DNA from: Nemertoderma westbladi
Lineage: Eukaryota > Animalia > Xenacoelomorpha
Assembly: GCA_032718475.1 (NCBI GenBank)
Contig: JAUCBJ010008784.1
Coordinates: 1-64,000 of the forward strand
Reading direction: 5' to 3'
DNA length: 64,000 bases
The position numbers and the translations under genes are program-made. Below the pieces are notes generated by a model. That model was not told the origin of the DNA. It saw nothing but the letters and a program-made list of their open reading frames with translations, and searched no databases. This document shows, in pieces, positions 25,104 to 38,030 of the stretch. Every line of letters begins with the position of its first letter. Positions within the stretch are counted from its first letter, which is position 1.

Positions 25104-27239
25104 ATGTTGAGGTATACCGCAGTGTTTCCAAGATTCCTACGTATTCGTGGATGCGAATACATCGCCCCCCGCAAGAGTTTCACAACCGCAACTCTAGTCG
25201 GAAACACGACGAGAGAATTCGTTAACCCACCCGGCGATGCTGTTTGCAATACGCCAGATATGTTACAATTTTTTCACAAAACGAAGTTATTATTAGACAT
25301 GGAACGAGTTGCTGAAATTGAACATCATACTGCGCTATTAAGTCAATGTTCCTTGGAGCAGTTGGAACAAAGGGGTATTTGTTTATCAGAACTTGTAATG
25401 ACGTCTTCGTTTATCGGTCTATTTGGAAGGAAAATAGTTACATTTGGGAGGACGGAATTCGCGTGGAATGATAACAGTGGTAATCTACCGCCACATTCAA
25501 TCCGCCATGGTGATATTATAGGGGTCGGTATATCTGGTGGCTCTATTGAAAGCCACATATCCACAGGGGTTGTGTACAGTAGATCACAAACTGAAATAAC
25601 ATTAGTGTTGGATGGAATATCAAATGATTTGGAAACTTATGATACTTGTTTTCAACTTGTAAAGATATCAAACGATGTTACTCATAAGAGATTAGTGGGG
25701 AGTGCCAATCATATGATCAATATATCAGATGGCTCAGCCATAGTTCCTGGGTCTGAGCTGGCTAAGGTTTGCTTTGGAATTTTACAACCCTCAGCTTTTT
25801 CTCTGGACATTGATGATTATAATGAGATAAATTTCTGGAACGCATTGCTCAATAAAAGCCAGAAAGATGCAGTGGTATTTGCATTGAACCAAAAAGAGGC
25901 TTCCATTATTCATGGCCCGCCTGGGACTGGGAAAACTACTACGATTATTGAACTCATTCGTCAGGAAGTTGACAGGGGGAATAAAGTGTTAGCTTGTGCC
26001 CCGTCCAATGTTGCTGTTGACAATATTGCGGAGATGTTGAATGAATGCGGAGTTCGTATTATCCGCATGGGCCACCCTGCTAGGGTTTCTCCCGCTAACC
26101 TCGGCGTTTGCTTCGAGGCTATGGTCTCTCAAATTTCTGAATCATTTGTGTTTCAGGCGACGGAAGTCGAAAAAATGCTCCGTCGTAATTCGAGATTATT
26201 GTCAGGAGTAAAACTAAAACGTAAAAAAGCAACGAAACTGAAAAGTGAAAATGTTTTTTTGAGATCGTTAAAAAATAAAATAGATCAGCGCAATAAACAT
26301 TTGGTTTACGAAACTTTATGCGACGCGGATGTAGTTTTGGCGACTTTGTCTGGTTCTTCGCGCGAAGGTCCTCTGAAGGTCCTTCCAGATGATCACTTCG
26401 ACGTTGTTGTTATAGATGAGTGCGCTCAGGCCTTAGAGGTTGGATGTTGGATCCCACTGAGTGGGACAACACGCTGCGTGTTAGCAGGGGACCATCAGCA
26501 ACTAGCCCCAACTATAATGAGTGCGGACGCCCGTAGTCAGGGCCTCGGTACCACGTTGATGCAGAGGCTATTGGAGATGCACCCGAATATTAGCAGGATG
26601 TTAACCACTCAGTATCGGATGAATGAGTTGATTATGAAGTGGCCTTCACACAAATTCTATGATAACAAGTTAGAAGCCCACAGGAGTGTGGGATCGCATT
26701 TATTGTCTCACATCCCAGGTGTTATCGATACAGCAGACACACGAACACCTTTACTTCTCATAGACACTACGGGATGTGGTACACAGGAAATACAATGCAG
26801 TGAGACACTTTCTTTCGGCAATCCGGGAGAAATTAATTTAGTAGCTAGTCATGTGGAATCTCTTGTACAAGCTAATGTTAATCCTAATGATATCGCTATA
26901 ATAACTCCCTATAATCTACAGGTTTCTATGCTAACGAGTAAACTTGCAGACAAGTTTCCTGAGTTGGATATTCAAACAGTTGATGGTTTCCAAGGTCGTG
27001 AGAAGGAGGTAGTGATACTGTCCCTGGTTCGTTGCAACAGCGATGGAGCGGTTGGGTTTGAACGGCGTATTAACGTTTCTATAACCCGAGCTCGCAGACA
27101 TTTATCTCTTATATGCGATACAAGTACGGTATCCAACTGCGCCATACTTAAATCATTGGTTGATTATATGCTGGATAATGCGGATGTTAGAATTGCCTCT
27201 AATGTTCACCAGGATGTTCCACTCAGTGCTGTTGATTAG
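25104..27239 (+). CDS. IGHMBP2: IGHMBP2/SMUBP-2-like SF1 (Upf1-family) helicase, intronless, no R3H/AN1 tail
   Basis: LLDMERVAE N-terminus, IHGPPGTGKTT, CAPSNVAVDN, IDECAQ, LAGDHQQL, QYRM, TVDGFQGREKE, RINVSITRARR. Confidence 0.9.
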   Translation: MLRYTAVFPRFLRIRGCEYIAPRKSFTTATLVGNTTREFVNPPGDAVCNTPDMLQFFHKTKLLLDMERVAEIEHHTALLSQCSLEQLEQRGICLSELVMTSSFIGLFGRKIVTFGRTEFAWNDNSGNLPPHSIRHGDIIGVGISGGSIESHISTGVVYSRSQTEITLVLDGISNDLETYDTCFQLVKISNDVTHKRLVGSANHMINISDGSAIVPGSELAKVCFGILQPSAFSLDIDDYNEINFWNALLNKSQKDAVVFALNQKEASIIHGPPGTGKTTTIIELIRQEVDRGNKVLACAPSNVAVDNIAEMLNECGVRIIRMGHPARVSPANLGVCFEAMVSQISESFVFQATEVEKMLRRNSRLLSGVKLKRKKATKLKSENVFLRSLKNKIDQRNKHLVYETLCDADVVLATLSGSSREGPLKVLPDDHFDVVVIDECAQALEVGCWIPLSGTTRCVLAGDHQQLAPTIMSADARSQGLGTTLMQRLLEMHPNISRMLTTQYRMNELIMKWPSHKFYDNKLEAHRSVGSHLLSHIPGVIDTADTRTPLLLIDTTGCGTQEIQCSETLSFGNPGEINLVASHVESLVQANVNPNDIAIITPYNLQVSMLTSKLADKFPELDIQTVDGFQGREKEVVILSLVRCNSDGAVGFERRINVSITRARRHLSLICDTSTVSNCAILKSLVDYMLDNADVRIASNVHQDVPLSAVD

Positions 27240-28262
27240 TATTATTAATTTTTTATTTTTATATCTGGGCCAATATAAACTGCCAGAAAACAGAACGTTA
27301 TTAATAGTAATTAACATTTTACTGATCCAGGTGATTTTTGTTTGGTTTGTTACACGAACGAGAATAGTGAGTACAGATAACAGAACACTAAAGTACTTTG
27401 CAACAAGTACATATGTAGTTTTATTCCAAAGTTTTAGCAAAAATGGAAGATGAAAATCTGTATATGAAACTTTTGTCTAGAAAAAGTATTATATTTGTGG
27501 TGCTATTTCTTTCTGGTTTAAATTTAGATTATAGGATCGAACGAAATAAAAAATGGAAACATTTTTTACAAGAATAAAAAAAAATATTAAAGGTTGTGCG
27601 TTAATAAATTGTCAGTAATAAATATTAATTTATTGAACGGTTGCTTGATAATCGCTTGGATATTGAAGTTTTACAACACATTTTAATATCAATTACATTA
27701 TTGGTATAGTATCGGGAGGCAGTTCTATTGAGTCAGTATAGATTATATGTATATCTATATGTATCATAAGGCAATCAATAACAAATGTTACAGGTACCGT
27801 TGTGTATAACAAGCACTTTAAGTGAAGATTCACAATGAAAAATTATAAATATATGATATATATTATGTAATTAACAACAGCATATTATATTGCATTACTT
27901 ACTTTCGTACTCGGTGAAAATACGAAACAACTTGAGAAGCATAAATCAAAGACAATGCGAGAAACTGAAACCATTTTGTTACGAGAAACTGTCGGAACAA
28001 TATATAATAAGAAACTTTTGTGAACATATTTATTAGAAAAAGCACAGAATTGGGTGCGGTGAAAAGGGAACAGCCGCAAAAACAGTTAGTTGGATGTAAA
28101 TCTCAACGCAGAATTAATATATTCTTTAGACTTTAAGGAACCTATTTAGTTCTTCTTTAGTTAGTATTTTATTAATAACTTAACTTAAGGATGTTGTTCC
28201 CAGTACTGTCTGTGTTTTTAGACCCACCCGACCCGTTTGTGTATCCAAGCAACCCGTGTACA

Positions 28263-29000
28263 CTACCCTAGGACCCCTTGTCCTGCCTGTTTGTGCAGCA
28301 GGTCTACCAAGGTCTCCACCGAGGTCTTCCACTCCCCAACCCGCGCACTCATCTCCCCAATCTGTTCCCTGCTCAGCACTCTCGGCTGCACCCACGAGAT
28401 GTAAACCTTCCCGTCTACCTGATCGATAGACCCCTTAACTAAACCGAGAGACAGCGCGCGCATAACCAGTATCTCTACGTGGTCTTCGGCGACCTGGCAG
28501 ACAGCGGAGATCTCGGAGAAAGTGAGAACGCGATGGTTAGCGGGGCGAGTGAAGGACAGCTCTACGAGGGCCATCAGACGAATCTTCTGGGTTAGAAACA
28601 CAGAGGATTTCTCTAGATCGATCTGTTTCGATAAAGAGGAATGAAGTTCGTTGAATCGTCGAATGTTCCCCGAGTTAAACGCGAAGAGAAGATCAACGAG
28701 CCACTGGTTCTCCGTTGCGACGAGCGACTCGAGGATCGGATGCGCTAAGAGTTCCCCGAAGTTGTAGATGCCCCGGGCGAGGAGGGCCGCGAGTCCCACG
28801 TGGAACGCGCGTTCCTTGCGTTCCTCTGTTCCGATCTCGGCGAGGTCCTTGCAGCCCAGGTACCGCAGCGAGTCGGTGTAGAACCCCGCGTGGTCCCCCG
28901 TCATCTTCGAGTAGGTGCTGCTCGTATCGTAGAAGTGCGCGTGGATCGGTGTCAGTCCATCCTCGTTGTCTAGGATACTTCGCGCCTCCGCAATGTGTTC
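28263..29000 (-). CDS. PSMD13: 26S proteasome regulatory subunit Rpn9, exon 2
   Basis: LRYLGC, IYNFGELLAHPIL, VEILVMRALSLGLVKGSIDQV, WVQPRVL (PCI domain); AG acceptor at 29001-29002, in frame. Confidence 0.95.
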   Translation of the reverse strand, partial: EHIAEARSILDNEDGLTPIHAHFYDTSSTYSKMTGDHAGFYTDSLRYLGCKDLAEIGTEERKERAFHVGLAALLARGIYNFGELLAHPILESLVATENQWLVDLLFAFNSGNIRRFNELHSSLSKQIDLEKSSVFLTQKIRLMALVELSFTRPANHRVLTFSEISAVCQVAEDHVEILVMRALSLGLVKGSIDQVDGKVYISWVQPRVLSREQIGEMSARVGEWKTSVETLVDLLHKQAGQGVLG

Positions 29001-29561
29001 CTAAGTGGGATTATATAATAATTATTAAATTGTTTTAATTACACAATTATTTTAAAAGACAGTCATATTTCCATACCTGACATATTTTTATTTATTTATT
29101 ATGTAACGGATATGAAAGACTTTTGGTGTCTATACTGATATACAAATAATATGACAACGCCATATCGTTCCCTGAACTTTTATATAAAACCAAACAATCA
29201 GTAATTTAAGCCTAAGGTACGCTGGTATGCTGCTGATGTAGCATAATAATAAAATAATAGGAAGACTAATCAAAATATATAAAATATGATTGGGCTCTTC
29301 CTATCAAACTGTACTATGATATTAATAATAATATCATAACAGCTTAACAATGGTAAACCCAATCGAATAAATCTATATTTTAAAATTACCAGACAGCCAG
29401 CTGCCCAGATTGGTCAGTTGGACATAGTTAATTCTAATTGAGAAGTACATCTATTATTATTCTTAAAATTTTTGTACATAAACAGCCAGTGGAATCCGGA
29501 CCAAAATTAATTTTTTCATTTATTCATATAAATATCATATAAAGGGCGTTCAGAACAGAAC

Positions 29562-32500
29562 AGCATTGATTGATCCACCCTGATAGGCACTGCGGAACTT
29601 TGTACTCTCATTGATTGATCCACCCCGATAGGCACTGCGGAACTTTGTACTCTCATCGATTGATCCACCCTGATAGGCAGTGCGGAACTGTGTACTTTCA
29701 TTGATTGATCCACCCTGATAGGCACTGCGGAACTGTGTACTGGCATTGATTGATCCACCCTGATAGGCACTGCGGAACTGTGTACTTTCATTGATTGATC
29801 CACCCTGATAGGTACTGCGGAACTGTGTACTGGCATCGATTGATCCACCCTGATAGGCACTGCGGAACTGTGTACTTTCATTGATTGATCCACCCTGAGA
29901 GGTACTGCGGAACTGTGTACTGGCATTGATTGATCCACCCTGATAGGCAGTGCGGAACTGTGTACTGGCATTGATTGATCCACCCTGATAGGCACTGCGG
30001 AACTGTGTACTGGCATTGATTGATCCACCCTGATAGGCACTGCGGAACTGTGTACTGGCATTGATTGATCCACCCTGATAGGCACTGCGGAACTGTGTAC
30101 TGGCATTGATTGATCCACCCTGATAGGCACTGCGGAACTGTGTACTGGCATTGATTGATCCACCCTGATATGCACTGCGGAACTGTGTACTGGCATTGAT
30201 TGATCCACCCTGATAGGCACTGCGGAACTTTGTACTCTCATTGATTGATCCACCCCGATATGCACTGCGGAACTGTGTACTGGCATTGATTGATCCACCC
30301 TGATATGCACTGCGGAACTGTGTACTGGCATTGATTGATCCACCCTGATAGGCACTGCGGAACTGTGTACTGGCATTGATTGATCCACCCTGATAGGCAC
30401 TGCGGAACTGTGTACTGGCATTGATTGATCCACCCTGATAGGCACTGCGGAACTGTGTACTGGCATTGATTGATTCACCCTGATAGGCACTGCGGAACTG
30501 TGTACTGGCATTGATTGATCCACCCTGATAGGCACTGCGGAACTGTGTACTGGCATTGATTGATCCACCCTGATATGCACTGCGGATCTGTGTACTGGCA
30601 TTGATTGATCCACCCTGATAGGCACTGCGGAACTGTGTGCTGGCATTGATTGATCCACCCTGATAGGCACTGCGGAACTGTGTACTGGCATTGATTGATC
30701 CACCCTGATATGCACTCCGGAACTGTGTACTGGCATTGATTGATCCACCCTGATAGGCACTTCGGAACTGTGTGCTGGCATTGATTGATCCACCCTTATA
30801 TGCACTGCGGAACTGTGTACTGGCATTGATTGATCCACCCTGATATGCACTGCGGAACTGTGTACTGGCATCGATTGATCCACCCTGATAGGCACTGCGG
30901 AACTGTATACTAGCATCGATTGATCCACCCTGATAGGCACTGCGGAACTGTGTACTGGCATCGATTGATCCACCCTGATAGGCACTGCGGAACTGTGTAC
31001 TGGCATTGATTGATCCACCCTGATATGCACTGCGGAACTGTGTACTGGCATTGATTGATCCACCCTGATAGGCACTGCGGAACTGTGTACTGGCATTGAT
31101 TGATCCACCCTGATAGGCACTGCGGAACTGTGTACTGGCATTGATTGATCCACCCTGATAGGCACTGCGGAACTGTGTACTGGCATTGATTGATCCACCC
31201 TGATAGGCACTGCGGAACTGTGTACTGGCATTGATTGATCCACCCTGATAGGCACTGCGGAACTGTGTACTGGCATTGATTGATCCACCCTGATATGCAC
31301 TGCGGAACTGTGTACTGGCATTGATTGATCCACCCTGATAGGCACTGCGGAACTGTGTACTGGCATTGATTGATCCACCCTGATATGCACTGCGGAACTG
31401 TGTACTGGCATTGATTGATCCACCCTGATAGGCACTGCGGAACTGTGTACTGGCATTGATTGATCCACCCTGATAGGCAGTGCGGAACTGTGTACTGGCA
31501 TTGATTGATCCACCCTGATAGGCAGTGCGGAACTGTGTACTGGCATTGATTGATCCACCCTGATAGGCAGTGCGGAACTGTGTACTGGCATTGATTGATC
31601 CACCCTGATAGGCACTGCGGAACTGTGTACTGGCATTGATTGATCCACCCTGATAGGCACTGCGGAACTGTGTACTGGCATTGATTGATCCACCCTGATA
31701 TGCACTGCGGAACTGTGTACTGTCATTGATTGATCCACCCTGATAGGCACTGCGGAACTGTGTACTGGCATTGATTGATCCACCCTGATAGGCACTGCGG
31801 AACTGTGTACTGGCATTGATTGATCCACCCTGATAGGCACTGCGGAACTGTGTACTGGCATTGATTGATCCACCCTGATATGCACTGCGGAACTGTGTAC
31901 TGGCATCGATTGATCCACCCTGATAGGCACTGCGGAACTGTGTACTGGCATTGATTGATCCACCCTGATAGCTACTGCGGAACTGTGTACTGGCATTGAT
32001 TGATCCACCCTGATAGGCACTGCGGAACTGTGTACTGGCATTGATTGATCCACCCTGATAGGCACTGCGGAACTGTGTACTGGCATTGATTGATCCACCC
32101 TGATATGCACTGCGGAACTGTGTACTGGCATTGATTGATCCACCCTGATAGGCACTGCGGAACTGTGTGCTGGCATTGATTGATCCACCCTGATAGGCAC
32201 TGCGGAACTGTGTACTGGCATTGATTGATCCACCCTGATATGCACTGCGGAACTGTGTACTGGCATTGATTGATCCACCCTGATAGGCACTTCGGAACTG
32301 TGTGCTGGCATTGATTGATCCACCCTTATATGCACTGCGGAACTGTGTACTGGCATTGATTGATCCACCCTGATATGCACTGCGGAACTGTGTACTGGCA
32401 TCGATTGATCCACCCTGATAGGCACTGCGGAACTGTATACTAGCATCGATTGATCCACCCTGATAGGCACTGCGGAACTGTGTACTGGCATCGATTGATC

Positions 32501-33965
32501 CACCCTGATAGGCACTGCGGAACTGTGTACTGGCATTGATTGATCCACCCTGATATGCACTGCGGAACTGTGTACTGGCATCGATTGATCCACCCTGATA
32601 GGCACTGCGGAACTGTGTACTGGCATTGATTGATCCACCCTGATAGGTACTGCGGAACTGTGTACTGGCATCGATTGATCCACCCTGATAGGCACTGCGG
32701 AACTGTGTACTGGCATTGATTGATCCACCCTGATATGCACTGCGGAACTGTGTACTGGCATCGATTGATCCACCCTGATAGGCACTGCGGAACTGTGTAC
32801 TGGCATTGATTGATCCACCCTGATAGGTACTGCGGAACTGTGTACTGGCATTGATTGATCCACCCTGATAGGTACTGCGGAACTGTGTACTGGCATCGAT
32901 TGGTCCACCCTGATAGGCACTGCGGAACTGTGTACTGGCATTGATTGATCCACCCTGATATGCACTGCGGAACTGTGTACTGGCATCGATTGATCCACCC
33001 TGATAGGCACTGCGGAACTGTGTACTGGCATTGATTGATCCACCCTGATAGGCACTGAGGAACTGTGTACTGGCATTGATTGATCCACCCTGATAGGCAC
33101 TGCGGAACTGTGTACTGGCATTGATTGATCCACCCTGATAGGCAGTGCGGAACTGTGTACTGGCATTGATTGATCCACCCTGATAGGCAGTGCGGAACTG
33201 TGTACTGGCATTGATTGATCCACCCTGATAGGCAGTGCGGAACTGTGTACTGGCATTGATTGATCCACCCTGATAGGCACTGCGGAACTGTGTACTGGCA
33301 TTGATTGATCCACCCTGATAGGCACTGCGGAACTGTGTACTGGCATTGATTGATCCACCCTGATAGGCACTGCGGAACTGTGTACTGGCATTGATTGATC
33401 CACCCTGATAGGCAGTGCGGAACTGTGTACTGGCATTGATTGATCCACCCTGATAGGCAGTGCGGAACTGTGTACTGGCATTGATTGATCCACCCTGATA
33501 GGCAGTGCGGAACTGTGTACTGGCATTGATTGATCCACCCTGATAGGCACTGCGGAACTGTGTACTGGCATTGATTGATCCACCCTGATAGGCACTGCGG
33601 AACTGTGTACTGGCATTGATTGATCCACCCTGATAGGCAGTGCGGAACTGTGTACTGGCATTGATTGATCCACCCTGATAGGCAGTGCGGAACTGTGTAC
33701 TGGCATTGATTGATCCACCCTGATAGGCAGTGCGGAACTGTGTACTGGCATTGATTGATCCACCCTGATAGGCAGTGCGGAACTGTGTACTGGCATTGAT
33801 TGATCCACCCTGATAGGCACTGCGGAACTGTGTACTGGCATTGATTGATCCACCCTGATAGGCACTGCGGAACTGTGTACTGGCATTGATTGATCCACCC
33901 TGATAGGCACTGCGGAACTGTGTACTGGCATTGATTGATCCACCCTGATAGGCACTGCGGAACTG
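29562..33965. repeat. Intronic minisatellite, 45-bp unit, ~98 copies
   Basis: Unit ttgattgatccaccctgataggcactgcggaactgtgtactggca, highly homogeneous. Confidence 0.98.
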
Positions 33966-34649
33966 ATCGTAGCGACTCATTTCACGTCCTTTATCAACTT
34001 GATTCGTTTTTTTTTTCAATTTTTTTCATTCCAGAATAATCCCATAATATTGTGTGATTGTTAAAACTTTATCCATGAATTCGTAATTGTATTACAATCA
34101 TTACCAAAAATTATTACCGAAAATACGTTACAAATCATTACAATTTGTAATGGATTGTAACGCATTTTTCGTAATAATTAGTTTAATGGATGTTTATTGA
34201 ATTGAATACAAAATATTTCCGAATATAATAAAAGGAATTACAATAATTATAAATATTGTAATAATTGTATTTCATTCACATTATTACATATTATATTTAA
34301 TTAATTTATCTCTAATAGAACTGCTAACTGCTAGAATTACTTTCTGCTTTCGACTATAAAATTGTCCACAAGCTAGCGTTACGTTACTACTAGGGGGGAA
34401 GGGGGGGGGGGGGGGGGTCAAAAACACATGTTACTATGTGTTACAAGGGGTGGGGGGGGGGGGGTGGGTCAAAAAATGACGTTACGTAATATGTGAACAG
34501 CCCCTTACTGCCTTAAAAAAGTTACGTAATCAAATGTGAAACCGGAATGTAATTCAGTAATTAATTAACATAGACAGATATTATTATTATTATGTTAATA
34601 AACCGTTGGCCGACTGGCCGTAGGTATTTATTTAGACCTATTGACTTAC

Positions 34650-35054
34650 CTTAGCTGAATTGCGATCGCCTTCTTCCATCCGCTGTAGTTTCAGCACCGC
34701 CATCGTTGTCAGTATCAACGCTCTCGCCTGCTCGTTCGGTCGCACAGCGTGGATCTTCTCCTCGAGGAAACCCACCGCCTGTTCGTGGTCCCCAATACAT
34801 CGACCGATCGCGCAGCATATCTGCGCCAAACTCAGTTTATTTATTCGGTTCTGCAGCTCCTTCAGTAGACATTGGTCCGCGTAGAACTGCAGTAGATCAT
34901 CCGGGGCCGAGTCCGCTATCACGATCAGTAGCTGCTCGGTCAGCTGGTGCCAAAGTTTCTTGGTGTAGAAGTTTTCTATTTCGTTCCAGTACGTAGAGTG
35001 TTTCTCGTCAGACTCTTTCCGACTCGCAAGGAAATCCAAAACGTTTTTATCCAT
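34650..35054 (-). CDS. PSMD13: 26S proteasome regulatory subunit Rpn9, exon 1
   Basis: YTKKLWHQLT motif; GTAAGT donor at 34649; 135 codons, phase 0; joined protein 380 aa. Confidence 0.93.
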
Positions 35055-35382
35055 ATTCCTGTCAGACTTCAGATATTCCTGTATTCTCTAAGGGTCTAAT
35101 CAGCTAATCCAGTAATCCAAAACAAAAGCCAACCAACTGACAAATAAATAGCGCTATAACCCAGCAGATACTGAGATAGGAAATGTCTCATTAACGGCAG
35201 GGAGAAGGAGACTTATTACTGTTGTAATTGATGAATTTGGAATTGATGAGCATGAGATTTCTCAATTTAAGATTTTATATAGGCCTACCTGCAGACCTGT
35301 ATCTGGTATCTGTGTATACTGCAGCACTGAGATACCGGTAGGCCTATAGGCAGATAGGTGAGGTGATAGGCCCCATCTAACC

Positions 35383-37034
35383 GGGTATATCTTTTGCGTA
35401 GAGGTATAGCCTACATAGAGGCTACATGTAGGTATGTGTAGCCTACATGTAGATGCACGTGTAGGGTGAATGTAGGTAGGTGTAGGTAGGTCTTTAAAAA
35501 CAACAATGATGAATGAATAGGCCTACACGGGGTACCCGGACCCGAACTTCCTCGATGAGATGCGAATGCGGCGAACGGGGGTGGTACCCGGAACAACCAC
35601 GAAGAGATGCGCATATGGCGGGCGGTGGTACCCGAAACAACCAGGAGGAGATGCGAATACGTCGAATGGGGGTCCCCTGAATACCCACGAGACGGAGCCT
35701 ATCAATACTACAGTACTGACAAAGGAAAAAACGACTGAACGATATACCGATACATACTGTAGATCTTATGATCCTGCGGGTTCAGGCATGGAGGCTAATG
35801 ACTTTGTATGGGCCGAACGGCCCGAACCTGATGTTTCCAGTCAAGGAGGAATCGACTAACGGTTAGGGTTAGAGCTCGTCGTCGGTGTCCATGAGGGTCT
35901 GAGGATGAGTGGGTAATTCAACAAAACGCTAACAATGATACCGGACTGACTGATTGAACCAGAGTGGCGATGGTAGTCGCTGATGTATATATATTATATA
36001 TATCATGTATTGATTGTTAGTAGATATTTTTTTATAGTATTTGTTTATTAAATTGTCTTCAATGTCTATATTGATAATATTGTGTGCTGTGCTGATTTTA
36101 CTTATTTTTCATTTTATAAATCTTGCTGTGGCCGTTTTAATCTACTAAACTGCCGTATCAATTTCATGATATTTTAATGGATATGCAATTTAACTTCTTC
36201 TTTCTATTAACTTTCAATGCAATCAAATATAACTGTAAAGCTATTGACTTTCGTGTTATTGTTTTGCTGTTACTTCGAGATGGGATTTGAATCCCATCGG
36301 ATTACTGATTAATTCCCATCATCGAGATGGGAATACTTTATAATGAAACAGTGTGGTGGTCCGCGGGATAGTGGGAAGGGATGGGACTGTTGCTGGTTGG
36401 TGGAATGTGACTGCCTGAAAAATTAAAACAAACAAAACTTCCAGACTTCTATATTTTTACTTTCAAAACAAAACGTCCAAAACATTTCAATGCTGAAGTA
36501 CTGTTCAAGTCCCATGGATGTATGGTTGATAAACAGATAAAGAGGGGCAGAGGGGGGTCAGGGTTTCTGGTAGACTATAGTCCCCGCGATGATGGCTGTT
36601 CTTGTTTAGGTTACTCTTACTCAATAAACATATAAATCAGAACGAGTTAATCTAATGGAACGATGCCTTTCGTGGCGTTAGCATACTCAAATTTATTAGG
36701 GCATAATATTTATGACGAGTAAGGGACTTTAGTATAATCAGAACGCGATGTTTGATATTTATACAGTACTGCAGTATGCAGTAAAACCTGTTGTCTGACA
36801 GCAGACAGGTCTGCAGGTTGATGTACCGTATTGTACCGTGGAGATCAGAGATTATTGCCATACATCCTGATTGACGACCGTGTATCACGTTACTGCAAGT
36901 TGACACATAAATTACATTAATATCTATGGGACTACACCTACCTACATTCACCCTACACGTGCATCTACATGTAGGCTACACATACCTACATGAAGCCTCT
37001 ATGTAGGCTATACCTCTACGCAAAAGATATACCC
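35383..37034. mobile_element. Non-autonomous Mutator-like (MULE) DNA transposon
   Basis: ~103-bp TIRs (35383-35485 / 36932-37034) starting GGGTATATC; 9-bp TSD CATCTAACC; no transposase. Confidence 0.88.
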
Positions 37035-37139
37035 CATCTAACCTGCTATAACAGCGTAATGACTAAGTTACTACAGTAGGCCTATAATAAGTACAGTAAA
37101 CCACTGTTATATATATATATGTGTGCTAAAAAGAGTTTG

Positions 37140-37600
37140 ATGTTAGTCTGTTATGAGTGTTATGTAGTACAGATGGAAGATTCGTTTGTTACCGCATAAT
37201 GACCAGGAGTTCCATAAGTGGCTTTTTACTTTATGCAGTTATGTTTGAAAACTTCAGTGTTCGGTCTCCTTATGGCGCCTGGCAGTTGGTTCCATAGGTT
37301 TGGGCCTAGATATGAGAAAGGTCATGAAGGTTGTTTTCCGGTGGCAGTTTGTTTATGAGGTACTGTTTACTGTACTCTGTACTGACTGACTGAAGACCGG
37401 GTGCTGCCGTCTGGCCATGGGCATGGCGTCTGGCGTGGCCGCCGATGTATAAGTGTATAAGGTTCTGAAAGTATTGGGGCGCTTTTCTATTGTATATGCA
37501 GTGGAAAGGATTAGTTGGTGTGTACGTTGAGTAATTAGTGATTGGAATTCCAATTCCATTTAACACTGCTCTGAACCAGTCAGCCAGTGTAGTGCTAAGT
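37140..37600 (-). mobile_element. Decayed 3' fragment of a CR1/L2-type LINE
   Basis: Minus-strand remnant GPNLWNQLP...FK typical of LINE ORF2 C-termini. Confidence 0.5.
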
Positions 37601-37754
37601 TCGCTCCTATAGTTTAATACTGAAACAAATTCGGTACCGTAGAGGTACTGATGTCAGGCCTACATCAGTACTGTACCTATTCAGCTGACAGCAAGGACTA
37701 CTGACTACTGCCCCGTAGTCCTTGCTGACAGCTGACGATTACAGGCCTACAGAT

Positions 37755-38030
37755 AATAATAATAATAATAATAATATTGGTTATCTACAGTATATAGCGC
37801 TTTTATACGCTCGGCATACTCAAAGCGCTTTTATTATCATTACCCCAGCAAGCCAGGTTCCCATTATCCCGCTGGGTTGACGTAGGCACTAATGTCTTCT
37901 AATGTCTAAGTGTCTTGCCTAGGGACATAACAGTGCGAAATTTCTACAGCCTTTAGTCGGATTCGAACCAGCGCCACCATGCACTATCGTGTAAGCAGTT
38001 CAGGCGCCGTATCCACACGGACACTGCGAC
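37755..38030 (-). mobile_element. tRNA-derived SINE with conserved central domain and L2-like tail
   Basis: A-box-like AGTGTCCGTGTGG, B box GGTTCGAATCC, TGTCCCTAGGCAAGACACTT core, AAGCGCTTTGAG...AAAAGCGCTATATA, (TTA)n tail. Confidence 0.8.

Noticed and set aside
29516-34019. Two ~1480-aa ORFs, and a superficially CRISPR-like array
   Set aside because: Pure 45-bp head-to-tail minisatellite in the PSMD13 intron; no unique spacers or cas genes; the ORFs follow from a stop-free unit
37950-38030. Possible tRNA gene
   Set aside because: A/B boxes are present but there is no convincing cloverleaf; it is a SINE head
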